From contig JAYWIR010000030.1 in NCBI GenBank assembly GCA_036172245.1, positions 2,294,001-2,358,000 of the forward strand: a stretch of DNA of 64,000 nt. The letters run 5' to 3'. Of the stretch, positions 24,950 through 38,420 are shown in pieces (within the stretch, counting starts at the first letter, position 1; each line of letters begins with the position of its first letter). The position numbers and the translations under genes are program-made. Under the pieces are notes generated by a model. That model searched no databases. It worked only from the letters and a program-made list of their open reading frames with translations, and was not told the DNA's origin. The stretch is from Raillietiella orientalis (taxonomy: Eukaryota).

Positions 24950-27850
24950 AAGATTCCTTCCTGGTTAACCTATCCCGTTCTGCATGGGTGGCTAACCAGG
25001 CTGATTGGTCACAGCATCCCGCCACATTTTTGGAAAAGAGTATCCTGAGGGGAGGTTAAAATTTTCAAACTTCTTTCTCCGAACTTCTTCTCAGAGGAAG
25101 TTCGTAATTCCTCGACATGAAAAGACATACCCAAGGGAATCGTGCTATGCCTTGAGACTCAAGATCAGATGGCCTTCATCCTTGACCCGTTGAGTTCTGA
25201 TCGCGTAAAGACATCTTCCAGCAAGGGATTGAGTTTTAGGACCATAAGGAAGGCTGTCCTCGCGTGAGCACATATGTGTTAGCTTTACGTGTCTTCGGTT
25301 TGTCCTGGAGCGACATCACCTACCCCAGATAAAGGTCCGTGTTTTCTCAGGAGGCAGGAGGAGTTCATCTTTAATGGACTTGGGAACGAATTTCGCATTG
25401 TTGGATGCCTTCCAGGAGCGTTCTGTTCTCAAAAACCTCCACGCCTTCTGAAGACATTGGTACCTGGAGACCAATCTTAATGGGGACTGCACTTGTCGAT
25501 CACATGCAAGGTGCTGCAACGGATCTTCGGAACGGCGTGATTTGTTCCCTGAAGAAGGAATTAGGAGGAGATCCCAGCCTTTCGATGGAGTTCTGGTACG
25601 CAGCTTCCTTTTCTGGAACCGCGATTCCTCAAGATCACAACAGGCATCGTTCTCTGGATCTGGGTCTGGGTAAAAGATTCAGGATTGCGTTAAGACATGC
25701 GAAAGAGGGATATTCCCAAGCCATTCCTCCGACTTGTCTGTCTTCCTCGTTGCTGAAGACTATTGCTTTAAGAGAAGAGGGAATGTTCCTCATTGGGGCA
25801 TGGGACTTGTGGAGAGGGTTTTCCACCTCGGTTCTGCAGTAGATGTAATTCCGTTATCTGGAAAAAGGGTGTGACCGTCACCTCGGACCCGCTAGCGATC
25901 GCCAGCGCTTACACGCCTAGGGAAACAAAATGGATTCAGCTGGGATGCGGGGTACGAGGGAATCCTCGAGCGATTGTGGGGAGAATGACTCAACACTGGT
26001 TGAACGCATCCCTTCCTTTCCTCCCATCTCATCCCCATTCGACTCAGGTCCTCGGGAATCATTCTGAGTCCAGCTTACTTCCTACTTAATTATTGATTTG
26101 CTGCTGCCTTTACTCCTCCCTAGTTTTTCCGCCAGTGAAGGCAGATCCTTTGGTTTCGGGCCAGCACACGTTGGTGTTTCCCCATCTGTGCATCATCTAC
26201 AAGACATCTGTGCTGAGTAATTCTCCGGTGGTCCAGGAGGAGGAGTCTGGAGTGGTAGAGGCTGTCACGAAGAATGCTCCCAGTAACCGCTTCAGCTGCA
26301 CTGGATGTTCGTCTCGCTGCAAAGAAGCCGGCCTTTTTGTCATGCACAGTCCCTCCAGCAACAGGACTGGGGGAACTTCGCTCGTCGGAAGAGCGGCGCG
26401 TTTGGGGCTCGATCTCGAGTGAGGAACGTCCTGCATCAATAAATATTCTGAAGCCTGCACCACTCGGAGTGATCCGAGTGGCAGGGATGCTTCCCAATAG
26501 CGCACCCTTAAAAGCTCTTGGAAACTTGGAATGGACGGGGGGGAACGGAGGGTACCCAGTTGCAGATCTAAGAAAAGAAACGGAGCAGCAGGCGCGCAAT
26601 ACCAACTGGTTCAAGAGAAACCGGAAGCTATGCAGTAGGAGGCAAGGTGCTGCAGCCAATTCGTCTTCCGCCACGAATAGATCAGATCACTTGAGTGGCT
26701 AAAATCGGTTCCTGAATGTTAGAAAACATTTCCGGGAGCTCTGGAAGTGCGTCGTGCATAAAAGTGAAATCAGATAGACATCTCAGGCCGTTGAACGCTG
26801 AAAGTCAGCTGGGGTCGCTGTGAGCGCATCCTGCTGCTCCCCACGAGGCGGAAGAGAGCCCACCAACCTGCCCTTGACCGTGGTCGCCTGCGGGAGAACC
26901 CGGAAAAGCCATCCTTCGGTTTCAGATCTGCACAAGAACTCAGGGATTTGCAGCCGTTTCAAGACCGTGTTCCAAGTTATCTGAATGGGCGCTTTTTGTC
27001 CCTCACGCACTTCCTTACGCGCGACTCGTTAGCATTCAAGGCAAAAAATAGGCTCGCTTCCTGAGGAAATTGGGAGGTGCAGAGCCACCCTCGATTTCTC
27101 CGGAAAGCGTCTGCTCCGTTTGCGCGCGCTTCCTTCCAGAGGAACCGGATGTAGCTTTCAAAGCAAAACACCCCATCTCCGCTCCTCGACACCACCTCTC
27201 CAGTGAGAGCTTTCCAGGAACCGCCGCCCTCTCGGGAGGCCGTTTCTCCCTCTTTGCATTTTGCACGAGCCGTTTCTTCCCTCCTGGAGGCGAGGGATGG
27301 AGCTCATTTAGCTATGATGGGCTCCTTGCAAAAGTCCTTCTTTAGGAGGCGAGCAGGCTCACTGAAAGGTAGGGATCGCAACCCTCGAGGGATCGCTTAA
27401 GGTATTCCTCGCTTTAGGAGTGCGCGGAAGGTGATGCTGGCCTCTTAAGGAAAGATTTGCCTTCACCGGTGCCCGGGAGATCAAGGAGAAACTGGAGAAA
27501 GAAGTACATGCGATCCTGCACGAGAACGTCCCAGGGTTCGTGGTGTAGCCCAAACGGAAGGTCATCGGCGTCCATTCTCAGGCGTTCGGGGTCGAAGACT
27601 TTCGCCGCCGCCCAGCATCCTTTGGGATGAGGGGGACGAGCGCGCCCTCCAAACTCCTCAGCCGCTTCAGATGAGAAGACTTGAATGAGTGAGACGTCGG
27701 CTATCTGCGGCTTCATCTCCAGCGCCAAGAGAACGCTGCAAGGATGACCACATCAACAGGTCGATGAATGCGAATGTGTTTAGGAGTCGCCTGACGCATG
27801 GAAGAGGTTCCCGCAGCAACGAACAATCACGTCGTGATTTATCCGTTCTA
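24950..27850 (+). mobile_element. Decayed DIRS-like retrotransposon (RT, RNase H, YR)
   Basis: ORF 25405-25842: GTWRPIL, AIPQDHNRH, GKRFRI, LLKTIALREEGMFLIGAWDLW; RNase H-like VWGSISSEERPASINILK (26.4 kb); YR-like ILHENVPGFVV (27.5 kb). Confidence 0.7.
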
Positions 27851-28584
27851 ATTTGTACAGCGAGGAAATGAATATTCCAGATGCGGGTTCCTCCCTAATC
27901 CTCCGTTCATTTCTGGAAATCGGGATCGCTCTGCCCCGAGACTTTTTCCGTCGAGAAAGTCAAAAGGAAAAATCTGAAATAAATCCTGGATACGCCGGCG
28001 AGGATCTGCAGCGACATTCCGGCCGGGAGCGAAAAATTCATCTGCTGCGAGACTCCCGTTATCTCTTCCCTTCGAAATCGGAATAATTCGGGCGCTCGGA
28101 GTGGAAGACCTTCCAGAACGCGGGTTTTTGCATGCCCTCCGTGCGTACAGTGGCCGTCCCCTGGAGCGTAACTGCTCTGCCATCCTCTAAGTGCTTGACC
28201 AACCGCTTTCTTGCCGGATTTTTTTTTCGAGCAGAGATCGGATTTCCGCTTCTCAGGGATGAAAACGATCCCATTTTCCAGTGGTTCAGAAACAGGGGAG
28301 AGGGTGAGGGAAGGGGAGGAAAAAAAATCTATTTATAGAAGGGAGACAGAAATGGATCGAGGACGAATGCTCACAAAAACACGAATTCCTGTTTCAGACT
28401 TCGTTTGATGAGGGTTTTAGAATCCATCCTGGATGCGAAATCACTGAGATCACCCGGGGAGATAAAAGTCGAATCCGAAGAGCAGGTTTCCTTGGTATTA
28501 AACACGTCGCTTCACTGTCGGATCTCTCGATCGCAGTCGTGATCACTTAGGTGCAACAGGACCCCTGTTTTCCATACCGGTTTG

Positions 28585-28780
28585 TTAAACGGCGTTCGAG
28601 CACACGAAATAACCATAACAACGCTTTTGATGCCGCCATCGGATGCGGCAAAGACGCCTAATGCTGCCTGATGGGGGACCTTTTCCCAGTGCGAGATTCG
28701 TCATTGCCTCTGGCTCCCATGCATTAAAAGGGCGAGTTCCATGGCTGCTCATCACGCGCGGCAGCAGCGGCAGCACTTTT
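28585..28780 (-). pseudogene. SET domain remnant, copy C (N-terminal half)
   Basis: HGTRPFNAWE...RWRHQKRCYGYFV (cf. KMT5A GCYMYYF), downstream of YR1 copy C. Confidence 0.4.
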
Positions 28781-29079
28781 TCCCAGCGAGGCAGCGCACT
28801 CGCGGAAGAGACACGGACGCTGGAGGGACCGCAGACAAAGCGTTCAATTGGAAGGCAGCAAGGGCATCACTCGGAACGGGCGAAGACTTGCGCTGGGAGG
28901 CAGTCCTCGGAAACGAGAGCGAGGGAAGCTGGGAAGAGGCGCGCCTCCGTGGACTGCTGCGAGATTCCTCTCCTGAGTGGGTGCATCTCCTGCTCGCTCA
29001 AGTCTTCCTCATGAGCTGCGTTTTCGCCTCATTTCCGTGTCGTTCGCTGCATATCGTGTCGGCGGTTCATCTCCGTGTC

Positions 29080-31100
29080 GCTCGCTGATCATCCTGTCTT
29101 CTCATCTTCGGTTCACCTCCTGTTCGATGGCTCGCATCCGAGCTTTCCTCCCAGACGGGGAGAACGTCACGGATTCGTGGGCTGTGCGATCGGACTCGCA
29201 CGAAAAACCTCCAGTCTGAGGTTTTGGGCATGGATCTGGCCTACTCGATTGGGATGGGTGGGGAATGACACCACGGGAAACTGTGACGAAACCTTTTCGG
29301 ACGTTGAGAAGGCTCGATGTGAGGAAGATTTTTGCGCCGCGCGAGCGCGGAAGAAGAGTAAGGAGAGCTCAAGAAGCTTTGATCCGTCATTTCCGGAGAG
29401 ATAAAAGATGAAAAGGCAGTTCGGAGCGCAGTCCTTTGGACAGGAGACCTCGGTCTCTTCTGAGACAAAAAGAAGGAACGGCAGAGAGGATGGAAAAGCA
29501 ACGATTTGGACCGTGACTCGCCTTTCGTTGCGAGGCATCTCATTGCGACAGATTTCGTCTTGCCAATCGGCGGACTGTGCATATCCGGGAGCGGTCGTTG
29601 CCAAGTTCAAAGGGTGGATATAGATCTTCTTGAGAGCTCAGGGGGAGATGGAGTTCCTGCGAGGGAACTTCATCCATCTTGTTGCAGGCTTTGGGGAAGA
29701 GCAGACTCGCATAGCCTCCGGTCATCTCATCCCTCCGAGGGAGATGCTCTCCGTGCAGAGTTACCAAGCAACGGCTGGTCTACGTGCAAGCGAGCGCTGG
29801 AATTCCTTCTCCATCAGCGTGCACGGAGTGCGCTTCCGCCCCTCTCCGTCTGAGTCGCAAAAGACGTCTTGATTCCCACAAACACCCACGGTGCACCCGC
29901 GCTCACCCACGAAGCGCGTGCGCCGCCAAGGCAGCGCGACGAGCGTCTTCTGGCGAGGAGCGCCCGCAGCGTCCAGGTCAATGGCTGCGCGCAGCCTAGG
30001 GGTGCGCCCAGGAGTCCAGGACATCACCGGGATGCCCTTACGCGAGTCACCAATGCAGGCTACGCATCTCACTCGAGTCTCGATCTGGAGGTATCGGACG
30101 GAATCGCCCTGCGGATCGCGGGGGCTCCCTGGCGGGACCCCACAAGGGGAAAGGCGCGTCTGCGTTGAGATGCAGAAACCGGCTGAGACGAACTTCGCCC
30201 GAGACTGGTCCGCACATCCGCCTGCGATGCCCGCTCGCAGCAGCAGGGAGCGACGGTGGACTCCGCGCGCGCGGTGGGCACCGAGACTGCCGAAGCAGCA
30301 TCCCTGCACCGCAGAAACCACCCGTCCCAGCGTGCTCCCGGAGCGTAGGAGGGGAAGTGAGTCACTGTTCGGCGAGCACTTCCTCCGGGCTGGAAGAGAT
30401 CCCGACCCCTCGGCTGCGGGATCTCTTCCAACGAGAGCGAACAGAATGTCCTCTGGCATGACCTCCATGTCGGGTTCCTCTCGAAGGGGAAGGGACCCCA
30501 ATTCCCTGCTCATCTACCACCGATGGCGAGTTCCGGTCCGATGAGGCGACTTTTCATCCGAGATGCCGAGGAGCGGGGAGGAAGGAGCGAGCTCGAAGGA
30601 GGTTGCTGCAGGGACTCCCGAGATGCGGGAAGATCTTTCTGCGGGATCGGCCGCTCGTAAGCGCTCGCCCAGAGCTTCCCAATCCCTGTGCCAAGGCCCT
30701 CAGGTCCGCTGTGGAGAGCCCACCCCACGGCGCTGGCGTCGCAGGCCCGCTGGCGAGCTCTTCGATCAGTCGATCTGGGAACGCTCTGCGCGCTTTAGGC
30801 CCCGCAGAGAACGGCTGCTGCTGCTGCCAGTCCCAGGAGAGAACGGGGGCACCTGAGGAAGTCCTCCGGGAGCTCAGCGGCGTAGCCCAGGTCCTTCAGC
30901 CGCGATCCCTTCCGGATAAAGGACTCGAGGATGGAGCAGGAAGGGATGAGCGCCGGGGAAGACCCCCACTTGTGCCCCTCGGACCCACCGCCATCCGTAG
31001 GGTGCGTAATAGCCGCGCCGCTGGTGGTCCTAGACTCCAGGTCGGGAGCAGAGTCCGAGGCAGCTCAGGAATAGCTGACCAGGGGTCAGGATCAGTGGAC
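29080..31100 (-). pseudogene. YR1 copy C (decayed)
   Basis: ORFs 29761-30513 and 29167-29610: MSRELGSLPL, GRVVSAVQGCCFG, RSLLLRAG, HLPRRDEMTG, ELHLPLSSQE, RNEMPRNERRVTV, PNCLFIF, GSKLL, KARMRAIEQ. Confidence 0.65.
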
Positions 31101-32479
31101 ACAGACCGGACCGCGGTCCCCCACTGGCTCCCCCTGACCCGAGGACACTTCCTTCGCCTCCACGCGGTGCCAAACTAGAGCAGCGACGCGCCCGGGGAAG
31201 GAGCCAGGCAGGGAGTGCGTCATCCTCCCTTCCCAGGGAGGAGGGGGCAGGACGCTTCAGGAAAGGCAGGAACGCGGCGTCGGGACGCGCCCGGATGTCC
31301 CCGGGGCGTGCGGAAGCGAGCGCTTTGACCCTCGCCGGAAGAGGTGGAGGAAGCGGCGCGGTCCTCGCGCCGCCGGATGCAGAGGGAATGCGCGTCGCTG
31401 CTAGGGAACGGAAGGAAGCCAGAGGCGGAAGCGAAAGAGCCCGGCGGGCGGGCCGGAGGGAAAGGACAGTCTCCCCCTCCTTTCCCTCCCTCTTCGGGTG
31501 CGACTCCACCGTCTGCGCGCGCGGCCGCGGCCCGCGCCGGCCGCCCGGATCGCTCGCCGTCCGTAAATGTGAACAACCGCAGTGCTTACTGGAGCGGGGC
31601 GGCGGTTGCCGAGCAACGGTTTCTCAGGCGGCTCCGCTGTCCCCCTCCTTGCTTCCTCGCTGACTCCGAGAGGGAGGGTGAGAAGAATGCTCCCGAGACC
31701 GACTTCCCTTGACCCCTTCCCCGCTCCACCAGCGAGGGGCGAGACGGGGGAGCATCTTCTGGGGTCGAGGAGTGCTCTGTCCTTTGACTACTCTTTCCCC
31801 GCCCTGCGGGGTCAACGCTGGGGGCAGACGCTGACCAAAGGGGACCTCAGTGATAGACTGATGCGCGGGAGTAGCTCGCCAATGAGGGAGGTGAAGGAGA
31901 GGAGGCCTTGAGAGAGAGACGGGGCTGCCACAGCGGGAAGGGAGAGGGTAGGTCACACTCTCTCTCCCTCCTTCATGGTACCGCAGGTAAGGCTCGCTCT
32001 GCACCTTGCATCCGTCTCTCGAGAGGAATGGCGGCGGACAGCGGGATTCGCTGGAAGGAGAAGCACCGAGAGTCTTCCTGGGGATTCTCGAAAGAGGGAG
32101 AGGAAGAACGCTTCCTCTCCCTCTCTCTTCCCCTCCTTCCTCTCCCTTTTCTCTCCCTCACCACTCCTTTCTCCGTCTCTATCCCTTTCCCACTAAAATG
32201 ATTGGAGAGGAAGAATAGGCTGAGGTCTTTCCCGTCCCCTCCTGGAAGGTCACAGAGGAGGAATGAGGTTTCTCAGTCGAGATCGGATTCCCTTGGAAGT
32301 CTCCGCCTTTCCCGTTCCCTCGTCTTCATTTGAGGGGGAACTGGGAATACAGAAGCGTGCGAAAGAGGGGATTTCCGTCTATCCTTAGCTTTACGAGAAG
32401 GGAGGCGCGGGCGTACAGTGGTACGGAGCAGAGTGCGAGCTCGGTATCCTTCGTTCCCTCACCGCACCCCATTCCAAGG

Positions 32480-32890
32480 TATGAAGCACTTGGAGGGGTG
32501 TTCTTCCCGGTGTAGTATCCCCTCTCTACCCTCCCCCAGTTTTATTCACTTGTCATCCCTTTCTTCACACTCCTTCCTGCAGTTTCGGTCGCACACCCTC
32601 AGCAGGCCTCCAGCGGCGGAGTCCGCTCTGACATCTATGATGAGCATGGCAAACTACGAGACCGTCGCCTCCTCTCCGCGCGGGTGACATCGGGCTTCTC
32701 GCACCCAATGAAGCTCAGTGGGAGAGCGAGAGAGAATAGAAGAAAGAGGAATGAGAGGGAAAGGATCTGCGAGTCCGGAGGGGGGACTGCGGTCGGCATC
32801 CCCACGAAAGGGGGGCGATCCAGCTCTCTCCCCTTGCTCCCAAGGTGTCGTCTCCCGGTCGGCTACTACCGGGAAGGTTCCGCTCAAGAG
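32480..32890 (-). pseudogene. SET domain remnant, copy D
   Basis: TPWEQGERAGSPPFRGD, SHSSFFYSL, GLVVCHAHH and RGDTTPGRTPL in SET order after YR1 copy D. Confidence 0.4.
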
Positions 32891-32899
32891 GGAGCTCCA

Positions 32900-35310
32900 G
32901 GAAAGAGCGGGATGGAAGCCTCATCCAGACGTCCTCGTTGCGCGTGCCGCCTGTCTCTGACAACCGTCTTTGAGATGAAGAGGGAAGTCAGTGGGAAAGA
33001 CAGACCATAATGCCAGGGGCGCCAGCAGGCGGAAGGCCGGTCGCTGACCACATCGCGCGCGTCGCGAGCCTCGAGGCCTCGGATGCGGAGCGACGGCTCC
33101 CGTGGGAAGCGGGTCCGGCCGGCCATGTCCCCGTCACGATCCGGGAAGGAAGCGGACGGGTGGGCGGGCGAAGCAGGAAGAGGAAACGGACGTCCTTTGC
33201 CGCCTGCCCTTTGAGGGAGAACCAGGACGCCCCGGCCCATGCTTTTCCCTCCTACGGGGGAGTGGGAAGGCGGAGGAAAAAGCTACCCCATCCGAAGTAG
33301 CAGCTCGTGTGCGCTGGAGAACCCCCCCTCGGCGGGGGCATTCCTCCCGCTGAAGCCTGCTTCTCCCAGCTCCGAAGGAACTCCCCTAACAAGCGAGGGG
33401 CCTTTCGGGTCCCTAGATCTCCAAGGCACGTGCCTGTGGTACCGTCTCCGCAGGGACCATTCGCATAGATCACGGCCGCCCACCGGCGCTTCTTCGGAGG
33501 ATGATGAACACGACGCGGGCGTTTTCATGAAACCGGACCTTCCCCTCGCCTCCCCTCTTTCTCTGATACCCGAAATATCCCGGCCAGCTCTCTAGGAGGA
33601 GGACGAAGGGCCCATGTTCCGTGTGATCCTCCCCCCCCCCCTTTCCAAAAAAAAAAGAACCGAAGACGCCGCAGCATCTCCAGAACTCCTCGAAATTCCA
33701 GGGAACCTGTCCTCCATTTCCTCAGAATGAAAGGGTGGTATCCTCCTGTGTAAGGGCAACGGGGCTGAAGGCGCCTCATAATTCGTCAGAAGCAGAGAGA
33801 CGAAAACAGGATGCTCCTTTTGCACCGGGACGCTGGCAGGGCCCTCAGGTCCTTCCGAAACCGTGAGGACTCGGAGAGCCGAGAAAAGGGAGTGACGTGG
33901 CAGGAGGAGTCAACGCCGACCTGCGCTTGCGCGAAGTCCCAGCGAAAAAGGAATGCGGTCGCTGGGTATGCTCACTGGAGCCGCTGCGAGCCAGAGGAAA
34001 CGGCTGAAAAGGAATTGGCACCCTTGGGTCAACGCCCAACCTCCCGCTATGCCCTCGTACCACCAGTCGATTAGCGGGAGGCTGCGGAAGAGCGCGCCCC
34101 CTACTTCCGGTTCTTCCCGCCTTTCGGAGCCCGCGACGGCAGCCGCACTCGCCAGGACGGAATGTCGCCGTGATGACTCCGTCGACGTCCTCATGCGAAG
34201 CGCCACGGAACGGCGCCGACCGGAAACGGAACGGCGCTTCGGGCCCACGGAGGGCCGGGTCTCGACCGGAGACGGCACCACGACTCCCACCTCGGACCGT
34301 CAAGCACCAGAGTCCAATCTTCTGGTGCCGCGGTCGGCTGCCGCCGTGAGGTCGCCTCTGCGGAGCGCCCCTTCCCTCTTGAGCTTCCCCGTTTCAGATA
34401 GATGACCCCGCGTGCCGCCAAGAGGGGAAGGTCGCGCGGGTTCGTTCCCCCACCAAAAAAGGAAATCGACGCGCGCAAGGCAGGGGCCGCGTTGTTCGGG
34501 AGTTCTGCGCGCGGGGCCGCCGTCGGGCACCCACTCGATCCGTCCACTCGAGGACGAGGCTGCGGGTAACATGAAGGAGGGAGAGGCCTCCGGACTGTGA
34601 ACCCCCGGGCGCTCGGCGGTGCTTGCCGCTCTTTCCGTCCGAGCTCACATCGCTCTCCCCAGCATGGAGCCGGACGGACTTCCTCCAGCCTCCAGAGCCG
34701 GCAGGCCACCTCCACGGCGCGGGCTCAGCGCCAGACGGCGGGAACGGCGGCTAAATCCAGCAAAAGTCCATCAGGGGCGAGGAAAGGAAGCCCTGGAGGC
34801 GTTCTCGAGGGCATCTTCTGGGATCCTGCTGAGTTCCTCCGCGGCCGAGCAAAGAGACAGTTCGCGTCACCTGACGCGGGTCCTTCAGGGAAGCGCCCTC
34901 GGCCACCAAGGGACCACGGCGCCCGTCACGCGCGCTGGAGCTCCCGCTGCGGGAAGAGCTTGCCGTCGTCTGTTGCAGGCCGAGTGGACGCGCGCAACCC
35001 CCAGTCGCGAGGGGCACGTCCTTTCAGTGTCGTTCTCCCGGGAATAGCGAAGGCTGCCTCTGGAGCTGCCCGCCGAAAGTCAAATGAGGAAAGCGCGGCA
35101 TCCAACAGGAAGAGGAATTGGTTGGTTGATCCGCGCGGGCGGAGGCGCCCTGAGCGCGCTTGCGCACAGCGAAGGAGACGAGCAGGACTTCCGGGGTTCT
35201 GGGGTGCGCGAAGTGGCGAGCGGGGAGGCAAGACATCCAGGAAGTGGTCCAGGGGATGCGTTGCTATGGGGAGGCTCTCCGGCGGAAGCGCGCGCGCGCG
35301 CAGCTCTGGT
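32900..35310 (-). pseudogene. YR1 copy D (decayed)
   Basis: 5' half identical to copy B through the inverted repeat; 3' end WHYGLSFPLTSLFISKTVVRDRRHAQRGRLDE resembles YRLP..TL.LAKISKVL.AME.G.L. Confidence 0.6.
34118..35306 (-). repeat. Right arm of 1,189-bp inverted repeat
   Basis: Reverse complement of 20954-22142. Confidence 0.97.
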
Positions 35311-35863
35311 GTGGCCGGCTGCTACAGTAAAAGAGACCACGAGTTCTCTCCGCGCGGAGGGCGAACGGAGCTGCTTGGAGGCCGTGCGGGACCTTGGGCG
35401 GAACCATCACGCCTTGACGGAGGCACGTTGGGAAGAGTCGGGCCTCGAGGGTGTGTGGAGGCGAAAGGGTTGTCCGCTGCAGGGATCGTGGGCACTCGTG
35501 GCACGAGGGCCGCTTCCCCTTCGAGGCTCCCGGAGGAAGCCGTTCGAGAGCACCTCTTCCGTACGGTACAGATCGGTGCACGACTTGAAACGCTCTTGAG
35601 CCACAGTCAGCAACGAGCTCCTCTCTTGGCCGTACGCCCCATGGCAAGGAAACGCCTCTCGAAGGTTCACGGGAGCGTTTGGTGCGTGTGCATTTCCGTT
35701 GGTGCGGATCGACAGGCGTGCGGATGTCTACGGATGAACACGCATGCGTGAAGACCTGTATCCGCATAGTGGTGATTCGAATGTGTCGATTTCCGATGGG
35801 TCGTGTCCCGGCCACGTCTTGTCGTCGGCGCACCGATGACACGGGATCGTTAGGCACATAGCC

Positions 35864-35965
35864 CTATTTCGGGTTTGGTTTAGAAGGACTCGAAGAGTGG
35901 CAAAAGTTTCTGCTGTTTTGAAGCTTCCGTTGCTTAGAAACGATCTTCAGGAACTTGCAGAGAGA
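35864..35965 (+). repeat. About 100-bp diverged direct repeat, copy 1
   Basis: Aligns to 39087-39188; shared exact core tccgttgcttagaaacgatcttcaggaactt. Confidence 0.9.
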
Positions 35966-36849
35966 AACCACCTCGAAAGGACTCCCGAGGCACGAAGTGT
36001 CCCAATGGCGCTTCGAGATCCGATATTTTCGCCCACCGAAACTTGGAAAGTTTCCATAGGAGCTGAGAAACGCATGATTATTGGTTGACGAGGATGACGC
36101 AGGGGGGCCGGAACCGGCAATGTGGCGATGCCCTTTAGTGGGCTCCCATATTGAGAGCACTGACGGAGAGTGCAGATCTACGGGCCGTTTCGACGGAAAG
36201 ATTGCCAGCATCCGCATGGTGGGTCCTCCGACCGAGAGTCATCGGATTTCACTCCCTCTTGGCAGATTTGACAGTCATCCCGTCTGTCTGAAAGCTCCGA
36301 ACCCGCTCCAAGGAAACTTGGAAGTCGCTTCCCACCCAACTCCCGTTCTCCGTCCGCAGAGATCATCAGTCAATTCCCCTGTGCGATCGCCTGCTCCTGA
36401 ACGGCAGCGATTATGCGGCTCGAACTTTGGCTGATGGCGGCACAAAGAAGCACAAGGAGAGCGCCTTTCTTAAGGAAGCAGCTTTGGGGCGAAGCTTCGC
36501 CCCATCACGAGGGTCCACCGGCCCTTCTCAGGCCGACGAGGCATCTTCGAATTTTCAGCAGGTGTTCTCCCGAAACATTTCCCAGATGGCAACTCGTGCC
36601 TGCTCCTTATGCACAGTTGGAGCACGAAGCACCCCGACTGCGTCCACAGATATTTTCTACTCCTACTGCCAGGCACCTGAGTTTTTGGGCAGGCATCCGT
36701 TCTTTCATCTCACGGGGTGCTGGAAACATGCACGAATTTCACTCTCTAAATCTAAATGTTTTCTAAACATCCTTCAGGTATTCACTGGTGTCTTCTCTTC
36801 TTACCAACAGCACCAGTAGTGCCTACTGGATGGAACGATTCGTTCCCTT

Positions 36850-37580
36850 TTTCCCCTGCGGCAACATCAAGCCGCGGAATGCACTTACGTGTCTCTCCTG
36901 CGCGAGTAGGGTTCGCCCGGTTTCCTTTAGGACTCTCTTGCCTCTCGCCGGTAGTGAAGACGGTTTTTTCAGGTTTAGGCGGCGAAGACTCTAGAAGACC
37001 GCAGCCACACGGTTCCACGTTTGCGGCCGCGTGTCACCGCGCGTCGCTGGTTCGAATCCCAATGTGGAAGACCGATGACGAGAATGGGGCTGCGTCGTGG
37101 GTTTCGAGTTCCTCCTGCAGTATGACGCTGATTGGCCTACGGACTTCGAATGCAGCACTGGTGGAAGTCGGGAACTGGATGTCCCCTCGACCGGCCGGGA
37201 TTGGAAGTAGACCCTCCGGGATCCTTCCAGGAATCAAGGAGTCCTAAGAGGTTCCCTTCCGGTTGCAAAGATTAATTCATTCCTCTTCTCGAGGAGTGAT
37301 CCTCCCTTGCGTACCACGGAGCTGGTTGATACCCCCTTCGGGCGAAGCGCGCTGACCCTTTCGGGAGTCCCCTTCAGTGAAGTTTAGAAATGCTCCTCCG
37401 GGGTTCCCTACCAAGCGTAAGAGGAACGGGCTCCTTCCTCCGGAGCCCGGAGGCCACCTCTCATATCTTGAAGAGCTAAACGCACCCTCGGTTGGCGTGG
37501 TCCATGCTAAAGATCTCTGTAAGGTCCCCACCTAAGGAGGCGAACGGTCCTTCAGCACCTGGCGAACTAGAGAAAAAGGC
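36850..37580 (+). mobile_element. DIRS-like gag-end/RT-start fragment
   Basis: Nucleotide similarity to the reverse complement of about 16050-16900 and to 53030-53550 (gggattggaagtagaccctccgggatccttccaggaatcaagga). Confidence 0.6.
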
Positions 37581-37649
37581 TGGAAGGGAAGCAGCAAAAA
37601 CAGATGAATCCCAAAACATTTCCATCAACATCAGTGTGCAAACTCCGGA

Positions 37650-38420
37650 CTTCTAGCGACAATGAATTCGAGGGCAGCGTCCTATCAGGGTGCCAACCGG
37701 AGGGAACGTGTCCACTAGACAATCAGCGTGACCCACATCCTTTTGAGAATGACGAAGCAGTAATGGAATGAGTGGAACAGGGATTCGGATTCGATTCCGG
37801 CATGTTGCTGTGGATCTCCTCAGATATCCGAGGAACGGGAAGCAGAAGGGGGGAGGGAAAGGGAAGCGACTTTCCCACCTGATGACCCTCCCTGACCTAG
37901 AAAGTGGGGAAATAGGCTGATCATCTGGTTTAGCAAATCTATTTGAGATTCGGCTCTGGAATTCAATGACCTGAAATTCCCTTGGCTGTCTAGTTTGGTT
38001 CTCTCGATTGCTCGGACGTATTCTGCCGGTCTTTCTACCAGCGCTGCGTTCTTCTCGATTCTTTGGCTTGCCTCGATGCATCCCGGCATCCGAAGAGCAC
38101 TCCTCGATTCCCTGAGATGCGTCCCAAGATGAGTGGAGGGACCTCTTCCGAGTGCTGATTCGAGTGAAACGCTCCCGGCCTTCGGAGTTTACGAAAGATG
38201 ATTCGGGATGAACCTCTCAAAGCCATTGTTTCGATTCTTCCCTGAGGATCCATGCGTCTGGATACCCATCTCACGGAACCAGTAATAAGGGAGGTCGTGA
38301 CCTTGCCAAATGACTACCTGCTGACGTGGCGCACTCACCATCACTGGTTGCAGATGCGTTTCGGATTCGCCTGCTCGTCTAGTTGAGCTCATCTTAGAAC
38401 GCCGCAGACGTCATGAGACT
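37650..38420 (-). mobile_element. DIRS-like tyrosine recombinase fragment
   Basis: MSSTRRAGE (cf. LASARRVGE) and FCFPFLGYLRRSTATCR (cf. LCPVRAL..YL.RT). Confidence 0.4.

Noticed and set aside
20954..35306. A 14-kb DNA transposon with 1.2-kb terminal inverted repeats
   Set aside because: The arms are internal parts of YR1 pseudogenes, diverged homology continues past the ends, and no target-site duplication is visible.
34597..35751. 384-aa ORF, and similar long ORFs such as 4935-6080 and 20662-21663, as real genes
   Set aside because: Arg/Gly/Pro/Ala-rich shadow frames of GC-rich DNA, antisense to the motif-bearing strand, with no recognisable domain.
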